From contig JBFWMZ010000010.1 in NCBI GenBank assembly GCA_050251335.1, forward strand, positions 14,311 through 78,310: DNA of 64,000 bases, read 5' to 3'. A program made the position numbers and the translations under genes. Below, one piece after another: positions 8,367 through 16,921 of this stretch; the first letter of the stretch is position 1, and every line of letters starts with the position of its first letter. Under the pieces are notes generated by a model. It was given only the letters and a program-made list of their open reading frames with translations. It had not been told where the DNA came from and did not search any database. The stretch is from Solirubrobacterales bacterium. Its GTDB lineage: Bacteria > Actinomycetota > Thermoleophilia > Solirubrobacterales > 70-9.

Positions 8367-9754
8367 GAACCTTCCTCTCGCATCTTCGCCGCCTTGGCGG
8401 CGGCATATCCGTCGATGTTCCGTTGCGCGTTCTCGCTCACGGCCAGCGACCCCTCGGGGACGTCGTCCTTGACCACCGCGCCAGCGCCAGTGTAGGCGGA
8501 GTCGCCGACTTCTACCGGCGCGATCAGCATCGTGTCAACGCCGATCCGGACGTCGCGGCCGATCACCGTGCGGTGCTTGCGGAAACCGTCGTAGTTGGCG
8601 GTGATCGTGCCGGCGCCGAGGTTGGCGCCGGGGCCGACGTCGGCGTCGCCGACGTACGCCAGGTGCGGGACTTTCGCCCCCTTGCCGAGGTGCGAGTTCT
8701 TGATCTCGACGAAGGTCCCAGCCTTGGCGGCGGCGTCGAGGACGGTGTCCGGGCGCAGGTAGGCGAACGGCCCGACCGAGCAGCCGTCGCCGACCCGGCA
8801 GCTGGTCAGGTAGGAGTGGGCAACGGTCGACTCGACTCCGACCTCGGTGTCGATCAGGGTGCTGTGAGGTCCGATCACTGCGTGGGCGCCGACCCTGGTC
8901 GCGCCGCGCAGGCTGGTGCCGGGCTCGATCCGGGCGTCGGCGCCGATCTCGACGCCGGCGTCGATCCAGGTCGAGGCGGGGTCGACGACGGTGACCCCGG
9001 CCAGCATCTGGGCCTCGAGCAGGCGGCGGCGCGCCTCGGCCTCGACCGCGGCGAGGTCGACGCGGTTGTTGACCCCCATCGTCACCGCGAGGTCGTCGGC
9101 GACGTGGGCGGCGACCGCGTGGCCGGCGGCGCGCAGGGCCGGGAAGACATCGGGAAGGTAGTACTCGCCCTGGGCGTTGTCGTTCGAGAGCCCGTCGAGG
9201 GCGGGCAGCAGACGCTCGGCGTCGAAGACATAGGTGCCGGCGTTGATCTCGCGGATCGCCAGCTGCTCGGCTTCGGCGTCGCCGGCGGCTTTCGCCTCGA
9301 CCACGGCCTCGACGCCACCGTCGGCGGCGCGGACGACGCGGCCGTAGGAGCCGGGGTCGTCGAGCTCGATCGTCAGCATCGTCGCCGCCGCCCCGGAATC
9401 CTGGTGGGCGGCGAGCAGGTCGGCGATCGTCGCGGCGCTGATCAGCGGCACGTCGCCGGAGAGGACCAGCACGGTCTCGCTCGCGGCGATCAGATCGCAG
9501 GCGGCGCGAATCGCGCCGCCGGTGCCGTCGGCCTGAGGCTGCTCGACCGTCTCGACTTCCTCGGGCAACCCGGCGGAGAGGTCGCGCCCGGGCGAGACGA
9601 TCACCGCCACCCGGCCGGCGCCGGCCTCGCGCGCGGCGAGGATCGGCCAGGCGACCATCGCCCTCCCGCAGACGGGATGCAGCATCTTCGGCATGGAGGA
9701 GCGCATTCGGGTGCCCTCGCCCGCCGCCATGACCAGAACCAAGGGGGAGCTCAC
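8363..9754 (-). CDS. glmU: Bifunctional UDP-N-acetylglucosamine pyrophosphorylase / glucosamine-1-phosphate N-acetyltransferase
   Basis: VMAAGEGTRMRS at the N-terminus, with left-handed beta-helix hexapeptide repeats in the C-terminal half. Confidence 0.95.
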   Translation of the reverse strand: MSSPLVLVMAAGEGTRMRSSMPKMLHPVCGRAMVAWPILAAREAGAGRVAVIVSPGRDLSAGLPEEVETVEQPQADGTGGAIRAACDLIAASETVLVLSGDVPLISAATIADLLAAHQDSGAAATMLTIELDDPGSYGRVVRAADGGVEAVVEAKAAGDAEAEQLAIREINAGTYVFDAERLLPALDGLSNDNAQGEYYLPDVFPALRAAGHAVAAHVADDLAVTMGVNNRVDLAAVEAEARRRLLEAQMLAGVTVVDPASTWIDAGVEIGADARIEPGTSLRGATRVGAHAVIGPHSTLIDTEVGVESTVAHSYLTSCRVGDGCSVGPFAYLRPDTVLDAAAKAGTFVEIKNSHLGKGAKVPHLAYVGDADVGPGANLGAGTITANYDGFRKHRTVIGRDVRIGVDTMLIAPVEVGDSAYTGAGAVVKDDVPEGSLAVSENAQRNIDGYAAAKAAKMREEGS

Positions 9755-9822
9755 TGCCGGAATCGTATGTAACCGGCAGCCGACAGCGCGTCCGCGCGGA
9801 CCGCTGGGCCGCAGCCTTCAGC

Positions 9823-10413
9823 TCAGGCGCGTCTTGGCGTGCTGCTGCTGCGTACTACGTCCCGCCCGACCAACGCGATCGAGGTCAGCGTCCAGCCGGC
9901 GAAGATCAGGTCGATGCCGACCAGCAGGCCGATCGCCCAGTCGGCCGAGCTCGGGAACTTGGCGAGGACGAGGATGCCGATGACCAGGCCGCAGACGCCG
10001 CTGAGGCCGACCAGGCCGGCGTTCGGCTGGCCGCGGCCGAGGAAGGCGACGGTGACCCGGGTCAGCCCCATCAGCAGGAAGTAGATGCCGAGCACCAGGG
10101 TCAGGGTCAGGGTCCCGTTGTGCGGTTCGACGATCAGCCAGATGCCGACGATCACGGTCAGCAGCGCCCACAGCAGCCGCACCGCGACCGAGCCCATCGA
10201 GTGGGCCGAGAAGGCCGCGGCGGTGAGGAAGGCGGCGAGGATCACCAGCAGCCAGCCGATGAAGATCGCCGTCCCCACCGAGGCCACCGCCGGAACCAGA
10301 ATCGCCACGCAGCCGATGAAGATCAGGATCACCCCGATCGCCATCACCGCCTTCCAGCTGTGCCCCAGCGCCTCGCGCACTTCCGGGTCGAGCGACGCTC
10401 CTCCGTACTCCAT
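9823..10413 (-). CDS. HdeD/DUF308-like membrane protein
   Basis: Six hydrophobic helices with repeated G..L.I.G motifs typical of the HdeD family. Confidence 0.7.
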   Translation of the reverse strand: MEYGGASLDPEVREALGHSWKAVMAIGVILIFIGCVAILVPAVASVGTAIFIGWLLVILAAFLTAAAFSAHSMGSVAVRLLWALLTVIVGIWLIVEPHNGTLTLTLVLGIYFLLMGLTRVTVAFLGRGQPNAGLVGLSGVCGLVIGILVLAKFPSSADWAIGLLVGIDLIFAGWTLTSIALVGRDVVRSSSTPRRA

Positions 10414-10551
10414 GGACGCAACCCTAGCCGCTCGAGCGGCGACAGAAAAGGAGCACGACGCCGCCGATCACCGGCACCAGCCTCCTCGCGGGAACGGGGC
10501 GCTCGTCGGAGTCGTCCAGGCGCCCGGGCCAAGCCCGCGCCGGCGCCGCCG

Positions 10552-11316
10552 CTACCTCCTGTCGGAGGTTCGCTCGCACTCACGCTCGTAGAACCTGACC
10601 CACTTGCGGACCGCGTTGTCCGAGACCCCGTACTTGCGCCCGACCGCGACGTAGCTCGTCGCCTCGAGCTCGGCCAGGAGTTGCTCGTAGGGTGGCCGCT
10701 CGACCTTGCGCACCTCGGGTTTCGGGATGCCGCGCGAGGCGGTGCGATCCCAGCGCGTGCCGCAGGCCCGCGAGCAGTAGCGCTGGCCGTTCGAATTGGG
10801 AACGAACTCACGCTCGCAGCGCTTGCATCTACGAGGCGCGCGGCAGACCCGGTTCTTGCGACCGCAATGCGTGTCGAGCGTCGCCGCGCAATTGGGACAG
10901 ACGATCTGCAGATTCTCGAGCCGGTGGTCGTCGCGCCGACCGTTGATGTGGTCGAGGATCAGCGACATCGGCTTTCCGCGCCAGATCTCACCCTGCCCGC
11001 AAAGCTCGCAGCGCCTTTCCTTCAACCCGTCTTCGAACAGTCGTCGCTTGACGTCCTTGCGCGGATAGTCGGAGTCCTCGACCAGCACCTCCGCGAGAGG
11101 GCGCGCTACGTAGCGCGCGCCCATCTGTCGCCGTGCCTTGCCGGCGTCGAAGTGCACGGTGGAGATCCCCCATAGCTCGGCGTATTTCTTCAGCACCCGC
11201 CAACTGCCGCCGGTCGAGCACATCCCCAGCTTCCGCAAGCTAGAGGCCCACGAGTAGGAGGACGCGATCGCCTCGCGCGCCTCCTCCTCGGTGTATCTGG
11301 GTCCGCCCCTGCCCAT
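10552..11316 (-). CDS. HNH endonuclease with C-terminal helix-turn-helix
   Basis: CELCGQ...LILDHINGRRDDHRLENLQIVCPNCAATL (HNH ββα-metal motif). A second Cys cluster follows (CKRCEREF..YCSRAC), then a C-terminal HTH (VAVGRKYGVSDNAVRKWV). Confidence 0.85.
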   Translation of the reverse strand: MGRGGPRYTEEEAREAIASSYSWASSLRKLGMCSTGGSWRVLKKYAELWGISTVHFDAGKARRQMGARYVARPLAEVLVEDSDYPRKDVKRRLFEDGLKERRCELCGQGEIWRGKPMSLILDHINGRRDDHRLENLQIVCPNCAATLDTHCGRKNRVCRAPRRCKRCEREFVPNSNGQRYCSRACGTRWDRTASRGIPKPEVRKVERPPYEQLLAELEATSYVAVGRKYGVSDNAVRKWVRFYERECERTSDRR

Positions 11317-11354
11317 TCATCGAGAATGGCAGATGATGCAGACAGAACATTTCA

Positions 11355-11426
11355 CTGGGGAGCCCGGGCTTGAACCGGGGATTCGACATCCAAAGTGTCG
11401 CGTGTTGCCGACTACACCACTCCCCA
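11355..11426 (-). tRNA. tRNA-Gln (anticodon UUG)
   Basis: Minus-strand read: UGGGGAG-UG-GUGU-AGUCGGCA-ACAC-G-CGACA-CUUUGGA-UGUCG-AAUC-CCCGG-UUCAAGC-CCGGG-CUCCCCA-G. Full cloverleaf with a U1-A72 pair and G73 discriminator, as in bacterial tRNA-Gln. No CCA is encoded. Confidence 0.9.
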
Positions 11427-11447
11427 ACGCCCCGCGAATCTTAAGCC

Positions 11448-12686
11448 CTAATCCTCGCTGCTCCGCGACACCTTGCCGCCCTTCGACCCCGGCTCCAGCG
11501 CCGGGCCGCGGGGCGAGGCGATGCCGAGGACGCGCATCGCTTTCAGGCCGAGGCCGAGCTTCTCGCGGCCTTCGGTCGAGGAGACGTCGTGGCCGCAGAG
11601 CTCGCGGACGCGCTCGAGCCGGTAACGGATCGTGTGGCGGTGCGTGAAGAGCTGTTTGGCGGTGGCGGCGACGTTGCCGTCGTTGTCGAGATAGGCCTCG
11701 ACGGTGGTGACCAGCTCGGTCTCGTACTGCTCGTCGTATTCGGCGAGCGGCTGGATCGTCTCGGCATAGAAGCTTTCGAGCTCGGCCGGGTCGTCGCTCA
11801 TCGCCGGCAGCAGCAGGCGGTAGGCGCCGGTGTCCTCGAAGGCGAGGACGGCGCGGCCTTCGGCCTCGCCGACGTTGACCGCGAGGCGGGCCTCGGAGCC
11901 GGCCCGGTAGAGGTCGACCGGATCGGCGCAGCGGCGGCTGCGGCCGGTGGTCAGGTGGAAGCCGGCGAGGCTGTCGTCGAGCTCCCGGGCGAGGCCGGCG
12001 GCGGCGCGGGCGAGCCGCTCGTCGTCCTCGGCGGGGACGATCGCCGCGACCTCGGCGACCGACTCGCCCTCCTCGCTCGCCGCCAGCGAGCCGGAGGCGA
12101 GGGAGCGCAGCGCGCGCATCACCAGGGTGAGGACCCGGTCTCGCCACTCGCCGGTCTGGGCCGCGCGCGGCGCCGCCCGCACGACCAGGACGCCGGCGCC
12201 GTGGTCGAGGTCGGCGCCGAGCTCGGCGGCGCGGGCGACGATGTCGCCGCGATCGGTCACCTGGCGCTGGAGCACCGCCCGCACGAAGGCGCTCGCCACC
12301 TCCTCGCTCTCCCACTCGGGCGAGCGCGAGCGCTCCAGCTCGAGCGCAAGCAGCGTCGTCACCATCCGCGTCAGGGTCGGGTCCGGCGCGCTGCGGGCGC
12401 GGTAGCGCAGCTCGCCGACCGCGGCGTCGGCGACCCGCAGCTCGACCGACGTCACCCCCTCGCCGCGGTCGAGCAGCCTGCGCTCCTGATCGGGCGAGGC
12501 GCCGGCGACCGCGAGGACGGCGCTCGAGCGGTCGATCAGGGCGACGCTGGCGTCGAGCAGCCGCGCCGCGGCGCGCGCCACCGCCGGCAGCCCGGCCCCC
12601 GACTCGACCGCTTCCGAAAGCGCGTCGAGCAGGCCCGGATCAGCTGGATTTGCGGCCGTTTCGGTCACCTTGACGGTCTCCGCCAC
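11448..12686 (-). CDS. PucR/CdaR-family transcriptional regulator
   Basis: C-terminal PucR-type HTH: VAATAKQLFTHRHTIRYRLERVRELCG. GTG start at 12686. Confidence 0.8.
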   Translation of the reverse strand: MAETVKVTETAANPADPGLLDALSEAVESGAGLPAVARAAARLLDASVALIDRSSAVLAVAGASPDQERRLLDRGEGVTSVELRVADAAVGELRYRARSAPDPTLTRMVTTLLALELERSRSPEWESEEVASAFVRAVLQRQVTDRGDIVARAAELGADLDHGAGVLVVRAAPRAAQTGEWRDRVLTLVMRALRSLASGSLAASEEGESVAEVAAIVPAEDDERLARAAAGLARELDDSLAGFHLTTGRSRRCADPVDLYRAGSEARLAVNVGEAEGRAVLAFEDTGAYRLLLPAMSDDPAELESFYAETIQPLAEYDEQYETELVTTVEAYLDNDGNVAATAKQLFTHRHTIRYRLERVRELCGHDVSSTEGREKLGLGLKAMRVLGIASPRGPALEPGSKGGKVSRSSED

Positions 12687-12692
12687 GGGCGC

Positions 12693-12947
12693 CTACAGGC
12701 CTTCGAAGAATTCCAGGATTTCGGGGTAGTAGCGGACGATCAGCAGGCCGATCACGACCCCGATCACGATCAACGCCGCCAGCACGAAGCAGGCCATGAA
12801 GCTGGCCGCCGCCTTCTCCCACACCCGCCCGTAGGAGCTCAGCGCCGGGCTCAGGATCAGGGTCACGAAGACGACGAAGCAGATCGCCGCGGCGATCGCG
12901 TAGAGGACGTACTGGTGACCGATGCCCGTGATCGCGTAGACGGTCAT
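12693..12947 (-). CDS. Small 2-TM membrane protein (84 aa)
   Basis: MTVYAITGIGHQYVLYAIAAAICFVVFVTLILSP... ATG at 12947 overlaps the stop of the upstream DedA/PAP2 gene (ATGA). The track start at 12998 is a TTG inside that gene. Confidence 0.55.
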   Translation of the reverse strand: MTVYAITGIGHQYVLYAIAAAICFVVFVTLILSPALSSYGRVWEKAAASFMACFVLAALIVIGVVIGLLIVRYYPEILEFFEGL

Positions 12948-14422
12948 TGCGGTGCAGTTTTGCGCATCTGGGTGACGATCAGGGCAATCAGGGCGCAAAT
13001 CGAGAAGGCCGCCGCCCCCAGCGCCCAGCCGGCGCTGACGTCGCTGAGATAGTGGACGTTGAGGTACACGCGCGAGAGGCCGACCAGCGCGGTGAGCGCT
13101 ATCCCGGCGACGACGACGAGGGCGCCCCGCGCCATCCCCGGCCGCAACCGCAGCACGATCGTCACCACCGCCCAGACGTAGAGCACCGAGTGGGCGGCGT
13201 GGCCGCTGGGGAAGCTCGAGCCACTCGTCGCGACCTGATGCTGCCCGGGAGGCCGCGGCCGGTCGGTCGCGTCCTTGATCTCGTGGAAGCCGAGCGTGAT
13301 GATCGCCATCCCGGCCACCAGCACGCAGAGCTCGGCCCAGCGCCGGTGCCAGCCGAGCAGCGCCGCGCAGACCGCGGTCAGCGCCCAGGTGAAGGCGCCC
13401 GAGCCGAGGAAGGTGATCGCCTTCGAGACGGCGAGCAGGAAGCCGCCGTGCAGGTGCCCGACGACTTCGATCGCGGTCTGGTCGCCCGGCGTCGGGCCGG
13501 GGTCGTTGCCGATCACCACGCTGTAGGCGACGAGGACGAAGGCGGCGACGGCGAGGACCGCCAGCAGCGAGGTGAATTCGAGCCCGAAGTCACGGCCGGG
13601 CGTCGCCCGCGCGGCGATGAAGCGGAGCTGCCGCTGGTAGCGGCGGCCGAAGGCGACGATCCAGCGGGTGGCGGCATGCGCCTCCATCCAGGCGACCGCC
13701 TTGCGACGGTTGTCCTCCTCCCGCAGGTGGCGGCTCAGCCAGACCGCCCCGACGACGACGACGATCAGCGCGCCCAGCACCAGCGCCCCTTTGCCGGCGT
13801 ACTTGAGCGCCGAGTCGATCGAGCGCGAGAAGAGGTAGCCGACGACCACCGCCGAGCTGACCCAGAGGCCGCAGCCGAGGACGCTGTAGGGGATGAACTG
13901 GCGGAAGCGCATCCCCGAGCTGCCGGCGATGAACGGGGCGAAGGCGCGGACGAAGCCGACGAAGCGGCCGAGGAAGATCGTCTTGCCGCCGTGGCGGGAG
14001 AAGAAGTCCTCGACCTGGTGGAGGCGATCGTGGTCGAGCCCGAAGCGCGGTCCGTGGCGGAGGAGGAATTCGCGGCCGAGGTGGCGGCCGATGAAGAAGC
14101 TGGTCGTGTCGCCGGCGACCGCGGCGACCCAGGCGAGGGCGATCGTCAGGTAGAGGTCGGTGGCGCCCTGGCCGGCGACGGCGCCGCCGAGGATCATCAC
14201 CGTCTCGCCGGGGACGAGGAGGCCGACGAAGGCGCCGGTCTCGGCGAAGGCGAAGACGCCGACCAGGGCGTAGGTCCAGCTGCCGAGCGCGTGCGAGACG
14301 TCCTCGAGGATCTGCTCGAGGTCTACGTACTGGGTGAAGACCACGTAGGCGGCGGCCGCGGCGGCCGCGATCACCGCCCATTTCGCGTATTTGCGCTGCT
14401 CCTCGGTGCCCGGCAGCTTCAT
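12944..14422 (-). CDS. DedA (SNARE-associated) domain fused to a PAP2 phosphatase domain
   Basis: N-terminal half has DedA motifs (FAETGAFVGLLVPGE...GRFVGFVRAFAPFIAG). C-terminal half has PAP2 motifs (KDATDRPRP...SFPSGHAAHS...SRVYLNVHYLSDV). Confidence 0.85.
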   Translation of the reverse strand: MKLPGTEEQRKYAKWAVIAAAAAAAYVVFTQYVDLEQILEDVSHALGSWTYALVGVFAFAETGAFVGLLVPGETVMILGGAVAGQGATDLYLTIALAWVAAVAGDTTSFFIGRHLGREFLLRHGPRFGLDHDRLHQVEDFFSRHGGKTIFLGRFVGFVRAFAPFIAGSSGMRFRQFIPYSVLGCGLWVSSAVVVGYLFSRSIDSALKYAGKGALVLGALIVVVVGAVWLSRHLREEDNRRKAVAWMEAHAATRWIVAFGRRYQRQLRFIAARATPGRDFGLEFTSLLAVLAVAAFVLVAYSVVIGNDPGPTPGDQTAIEVVGHLHGGFLLAVSKAITFLGSGAFTWALTAVCAALLGWHRRWAELCVLVAGMAIITLGFHEIKDATDRPRPPGQHQVATSGSSFPSGHAAHSVLYVWAVVTIVLRLRPGMARGALVVVAGIALTALVGLSRVYLNVHYLSDVSAGWALGAAAFSICALIALIVTQMRKTAPQ

Positions 14423-15288
14423 CAGGCGATCTCCTGCGGGAAGGTGCGCGGAGGGACGACGCCGGCCTCGCAGACGATCGCTTCGGCCCCGTCGAGGCGA
14501 TCGGCGGCGGCCCGTGCGGCGGCGAGATCGGCGAACAGGCCGACCGCGGTCGGCCCCGAGCCGCTGAGGATCGCGACCTCGGCGCCGGCGCCGCGCAGGC
14601 GGTCGAGCGCGGCACCGATCTCGGGCCGCAGCTCGCGGGCTGCCGGTTCGAGGTCGTTGACCAGCAGCTCAGGGTAGGCGAGCGGCGAGGCGCCGGCGCC
14701 GGCGGCGGAACGCAGCCGCGCCGCCAGCTCCTCGAGCTCCGCGGGATCGCGGCCGAGCCGGAGCCGGTCGGCGGCGGCGAAGACCTCGGCGGTGGAGAGG
14801 CCGCCGCCGCCCGGCAGCAGCAGCGCCGCGTGCGGCGCCGGCCGCGGCAGCGGCTCGACCCGCTCGCCGGCTCCCTGGACGAGCGCCAGCGAGGGACGCA
14901 GCTGGGAGGGGACGTCGGCGCCGAGCGCGGCGGCGATCGCCGGCAGCTCGGCCACCTCGCCGGCGGCGAGGCGGAGGACGGCGGCGGCGTCGGCCGAGCC
15001 GCCGCCGAGCCCGGCGGCGACCGGGATCCGCTTCTCGACCTCGATCCGCAGCGGCTCCCGCTCCCAGCCGGCGGCCCGCAGCGCGGCGAGCGCCCGTGCC
15101 GCCAGGTTCGCCGCCGGGTCGCCCTCGACGCCCGGACAGAGGACCTCCTCGCGCGCCGCCGGCGCGACCGTCACCAGGTCGGCCAGCGCCAGCGGCTCGA
15201 ACAGCGAGCAGAGCTCGTGCAGGCCGTCCTCGCGGCGGCGACCGAGGTAGAGGCAGAGGTTGAGCTTGGCTGGGGCGTGGAGGAGCAC
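14422..15288 (-). CDS. ispE: 4-diphosphocytidyl-2-C-methyl-D-erythritol kinase
   Basis: APAKLNLCLYLG...IPVAAGLGGGSADAAA (GHMP kinase). Start set at GTG 15288; the track ORF start at 15369 would overlap rsmA. Confidence 0.85.
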   Translation of the reverse strand: MLLHAPAKLNLCLYLGRRREDGLHELCSLFEPLALADLVTVAPAAREEVLCPGVEGDPAANLAARALAALRAAGWEREPLRIEVEKRIPVAAGLGGGSADAAAVLRLAAGEVAELPAIAAALGADVPSQLRPSLALVQGAGERVEPLPRPAPHAALLLPGGGGLSTAEVFAAADRLRLGRDPAELEELAARLRSAAGAGASPLAYPELLVNDLEPAARELRPEIGAALDRLRGAGAEVAILSGSGPTAVGLFADLAAARAAADRLDGAEAIVCEAGVVPPRTFPQEIA

Positions 15289-15304
15289 GGCTGGACGAGA
15301 CGGA

Positions 15305-16069
15305 TCAGGGCTCGTCCGAAAGCTTCGCGGAGAGGGCGGCGAACTGCTCCGGCGCCAGCGCCTCTGCACGAACGTCCCCGGGCAGCCCGAGCTCGGCCAG
15401 CGCCCGCCGGGCCGGCTCCAGCATCCCCCCGCGGCTCAGCTCGAGCGAGCGGGCAAGCGTTTTGCGTCGGTGGGAGAAGGCGGCGCGGACGACGGTCCTG
15501 GTCCATGGGTCGGCCGCCGGGCCGGTGCGGCGCAGCCGCAGGATCGCCGAATCGACCCGCGGCCGCGGCCGGAACACCGCCGGGTCGACGGTCCGCGCCA
15601 GCTCGACCTCGCAGGCCAACTGGACCAGGACGCTCGGGCCGCCGTAGGTGCGGCTTCCCGGCGCCGCCCGCAGGCGGTCGGCGATCTCGCGCTGGACCAT
15701 CACCGTCCAGCCCCGCAGCGAGGGCAGCTCGGCGATCGTCCGCAGCAGCACCGGCGTCGCCACCGAGTAGGGCAGGTTGGCGACCATCGCGGTCGGCGGC
15801 GGCTCGAAGCCGGCGAGCTCGATCTTCATCGCGTCGCCCCAGTGCAGGTCGACGTTGGGCAGCGCCGCCAGCGACGCCAGCGGCGCCTCCAGCCCGCGGT
15901 CGAGCTCGACCGCGTGCAGGCGCGCGGCAACCGCGGCCAGCCGCTCGCTCAGCACCCCCTCCCCCGCCCCGACCTCGAGCACGACGTCGTCCGGCCGCAG
16001 GTCGGCGTCGCGGACGATCGCGTCGAGCAGGTTGGGGTCGGCGAGGAAGTTCTGGCCGAGCCTGACCAT
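15305..16069 (-). CDS. rsmA: 16S rRNA (adenine1518/1519-N6)-dimethyltransferase
   Basis: LGQNFL.D.N....I...VLEVGAGEGVLS...ANLPY, the KsgA motifs. Confidence 0.93.
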   Translation of the reverse strand: MVRLGQNFLADPNLLDAIVRDADLRPDDVVLEVGAGEGVLSERLAAVAARLHAVELDRGLEAPLASLAALPNVDLHWGDAMKIELAGFEPPPTAMVANLPYSVATPVLLRTIAELPSLRGWTVMVQREIADRLRAAPGSRTYGGPSVLVQLACEVELARTVDPAVFRPRPRVDSAILRLRRTGPAADPWTRTVVRAAFSHRRKTLARSLELSRGGMLEPARRALAELGLPGDVRAEALAPEQFAALSAKLSDEP

Positions 16070-16082
16070 CGCGCCCCGAGCC

Positions 16083-16850
16083 CTACCAGCCGAACAGCGA
16101 GGCGGCGTTGGCGGTGACCGTCGCCTCGAGCTCCCCGTAGGAGGCTCCCCGCACCTCTGCCACCAGCTTCGCCGTCTCGACCACGTAGGCGGGCTGGTTG
16201 CGCTTACCGCGCAGCGGCTGCGGCGAGAGGAACGGCGCGTCGGTCTCGACCAGGATGCGGTCCTCCGGCACCTGCGCCGCCGCCTCGCGCAGCTGCTCGG
16301 AGCGCGGGTAGGTGACGTTGCCGGCGAACGAGCAGTACCAGCCGCGCTCGGCCGCGTCGGCGACCCGCCGCGGCGCCGAGAAGCAGTGGAGGACGACCGG
16401 GGCCGCGCCGGCGCGGGCGTCGAGGGTGGCGAAGATCTCGTCGACCGCGGCGCTCTCGCCCTCGGCGTCGCGGGCGTGGACCACGATCGGCAGCCCGGCG
16501 TCGACCGCGATCTCGATCTGCGCCGCGAAGGCGCGCCGCTGGGCCTCGGGCGAGGCGGTGTCGCGGTAGAAGTCGAGCCCGGTCTCGCCGATCGCCCGCA
16601 CCTTCTCGTGTCCGGCCAGCCGCGCGATCGCCGCCGCCGCCTCGTCGTCGAAGCCCCCGGCGTCGTTGGGATGGCGGCCGACGCTGGCGAACAGCGCCGG
16701 GTGCCGCTCCGCCGCCGCGACCACGCCCGCGTTCGTCTCCTCGTCGAGGCCGATGTTGAGCAGCCGCTCGACCCCGGCCTCGGCCGCCGCCGCCAGCAGC
16801 TCCTCCTCGCTCCCCTCGCAGAGGAACAGATGCGTGTGCGAATCGATCAT
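16083..16850 (-). CDS. tatD: TatD-family metal-dependent hydrolase
   Basis: MIDSHTHL...GETGLDFYR...VVHARDA...LHCFS...ETDAPFL. Confidence 0.9.
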   Translation of the reverse strand: MIDSHTHLFLCEGSEEELLAAAAEAGVERLLNIGLDEETNAGVVAAAERHPALFASVGRHPNDAGGFDDEAAAAIARLAGHEKVRAIGETGLDFYRDTASPEAQRRAFAAQIEIAVDAGLPIVVHARDAEGESAAVDEIFATLDARAGAAPVVLHCFSAPRRVADAAERGWYCSFAGNVTYPRSEQLREAAAQVPEDRILVETDAPFLSPQPLRGKRNQPAYVVETAKLVAEVRGASYGELEATVTANAASLFGW

Positions 16851-16870
16851 CGGCCCAGGTTATTGAGGGG

Positions 16871-16915
16871 CGCGTTCGTCGTTGGTACGCATATGGCGTA
16901 CCAACGACGAACGCG
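16871..16915. repeat. Perfect 20-bp-stem hairpin (CGCGTTCGTCGTTGGTACGC-ATATG-GCGTACCAACGACGAACGCG) between metG and tatD
   Basis: Arms at 16871-16890 and 16896-16915, 6 nt after the metG stop. A degenerate copy lies at 39423-39465. No U-tract follows. Confidence 0.75.
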
Positions 16916-16921
16916 GGGCGC

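Noticed and set aside
10414-11447. A genomic island or prophage integrated at tRNA-Gln.
   Set aside because: Only one accessory-looking gene (HNH) is present. There is no integrase or excisionase, and I could find no direct repeat of the tRNA 3' end flanking it; the only shared string is an 8-mer, GCCCGGGC.
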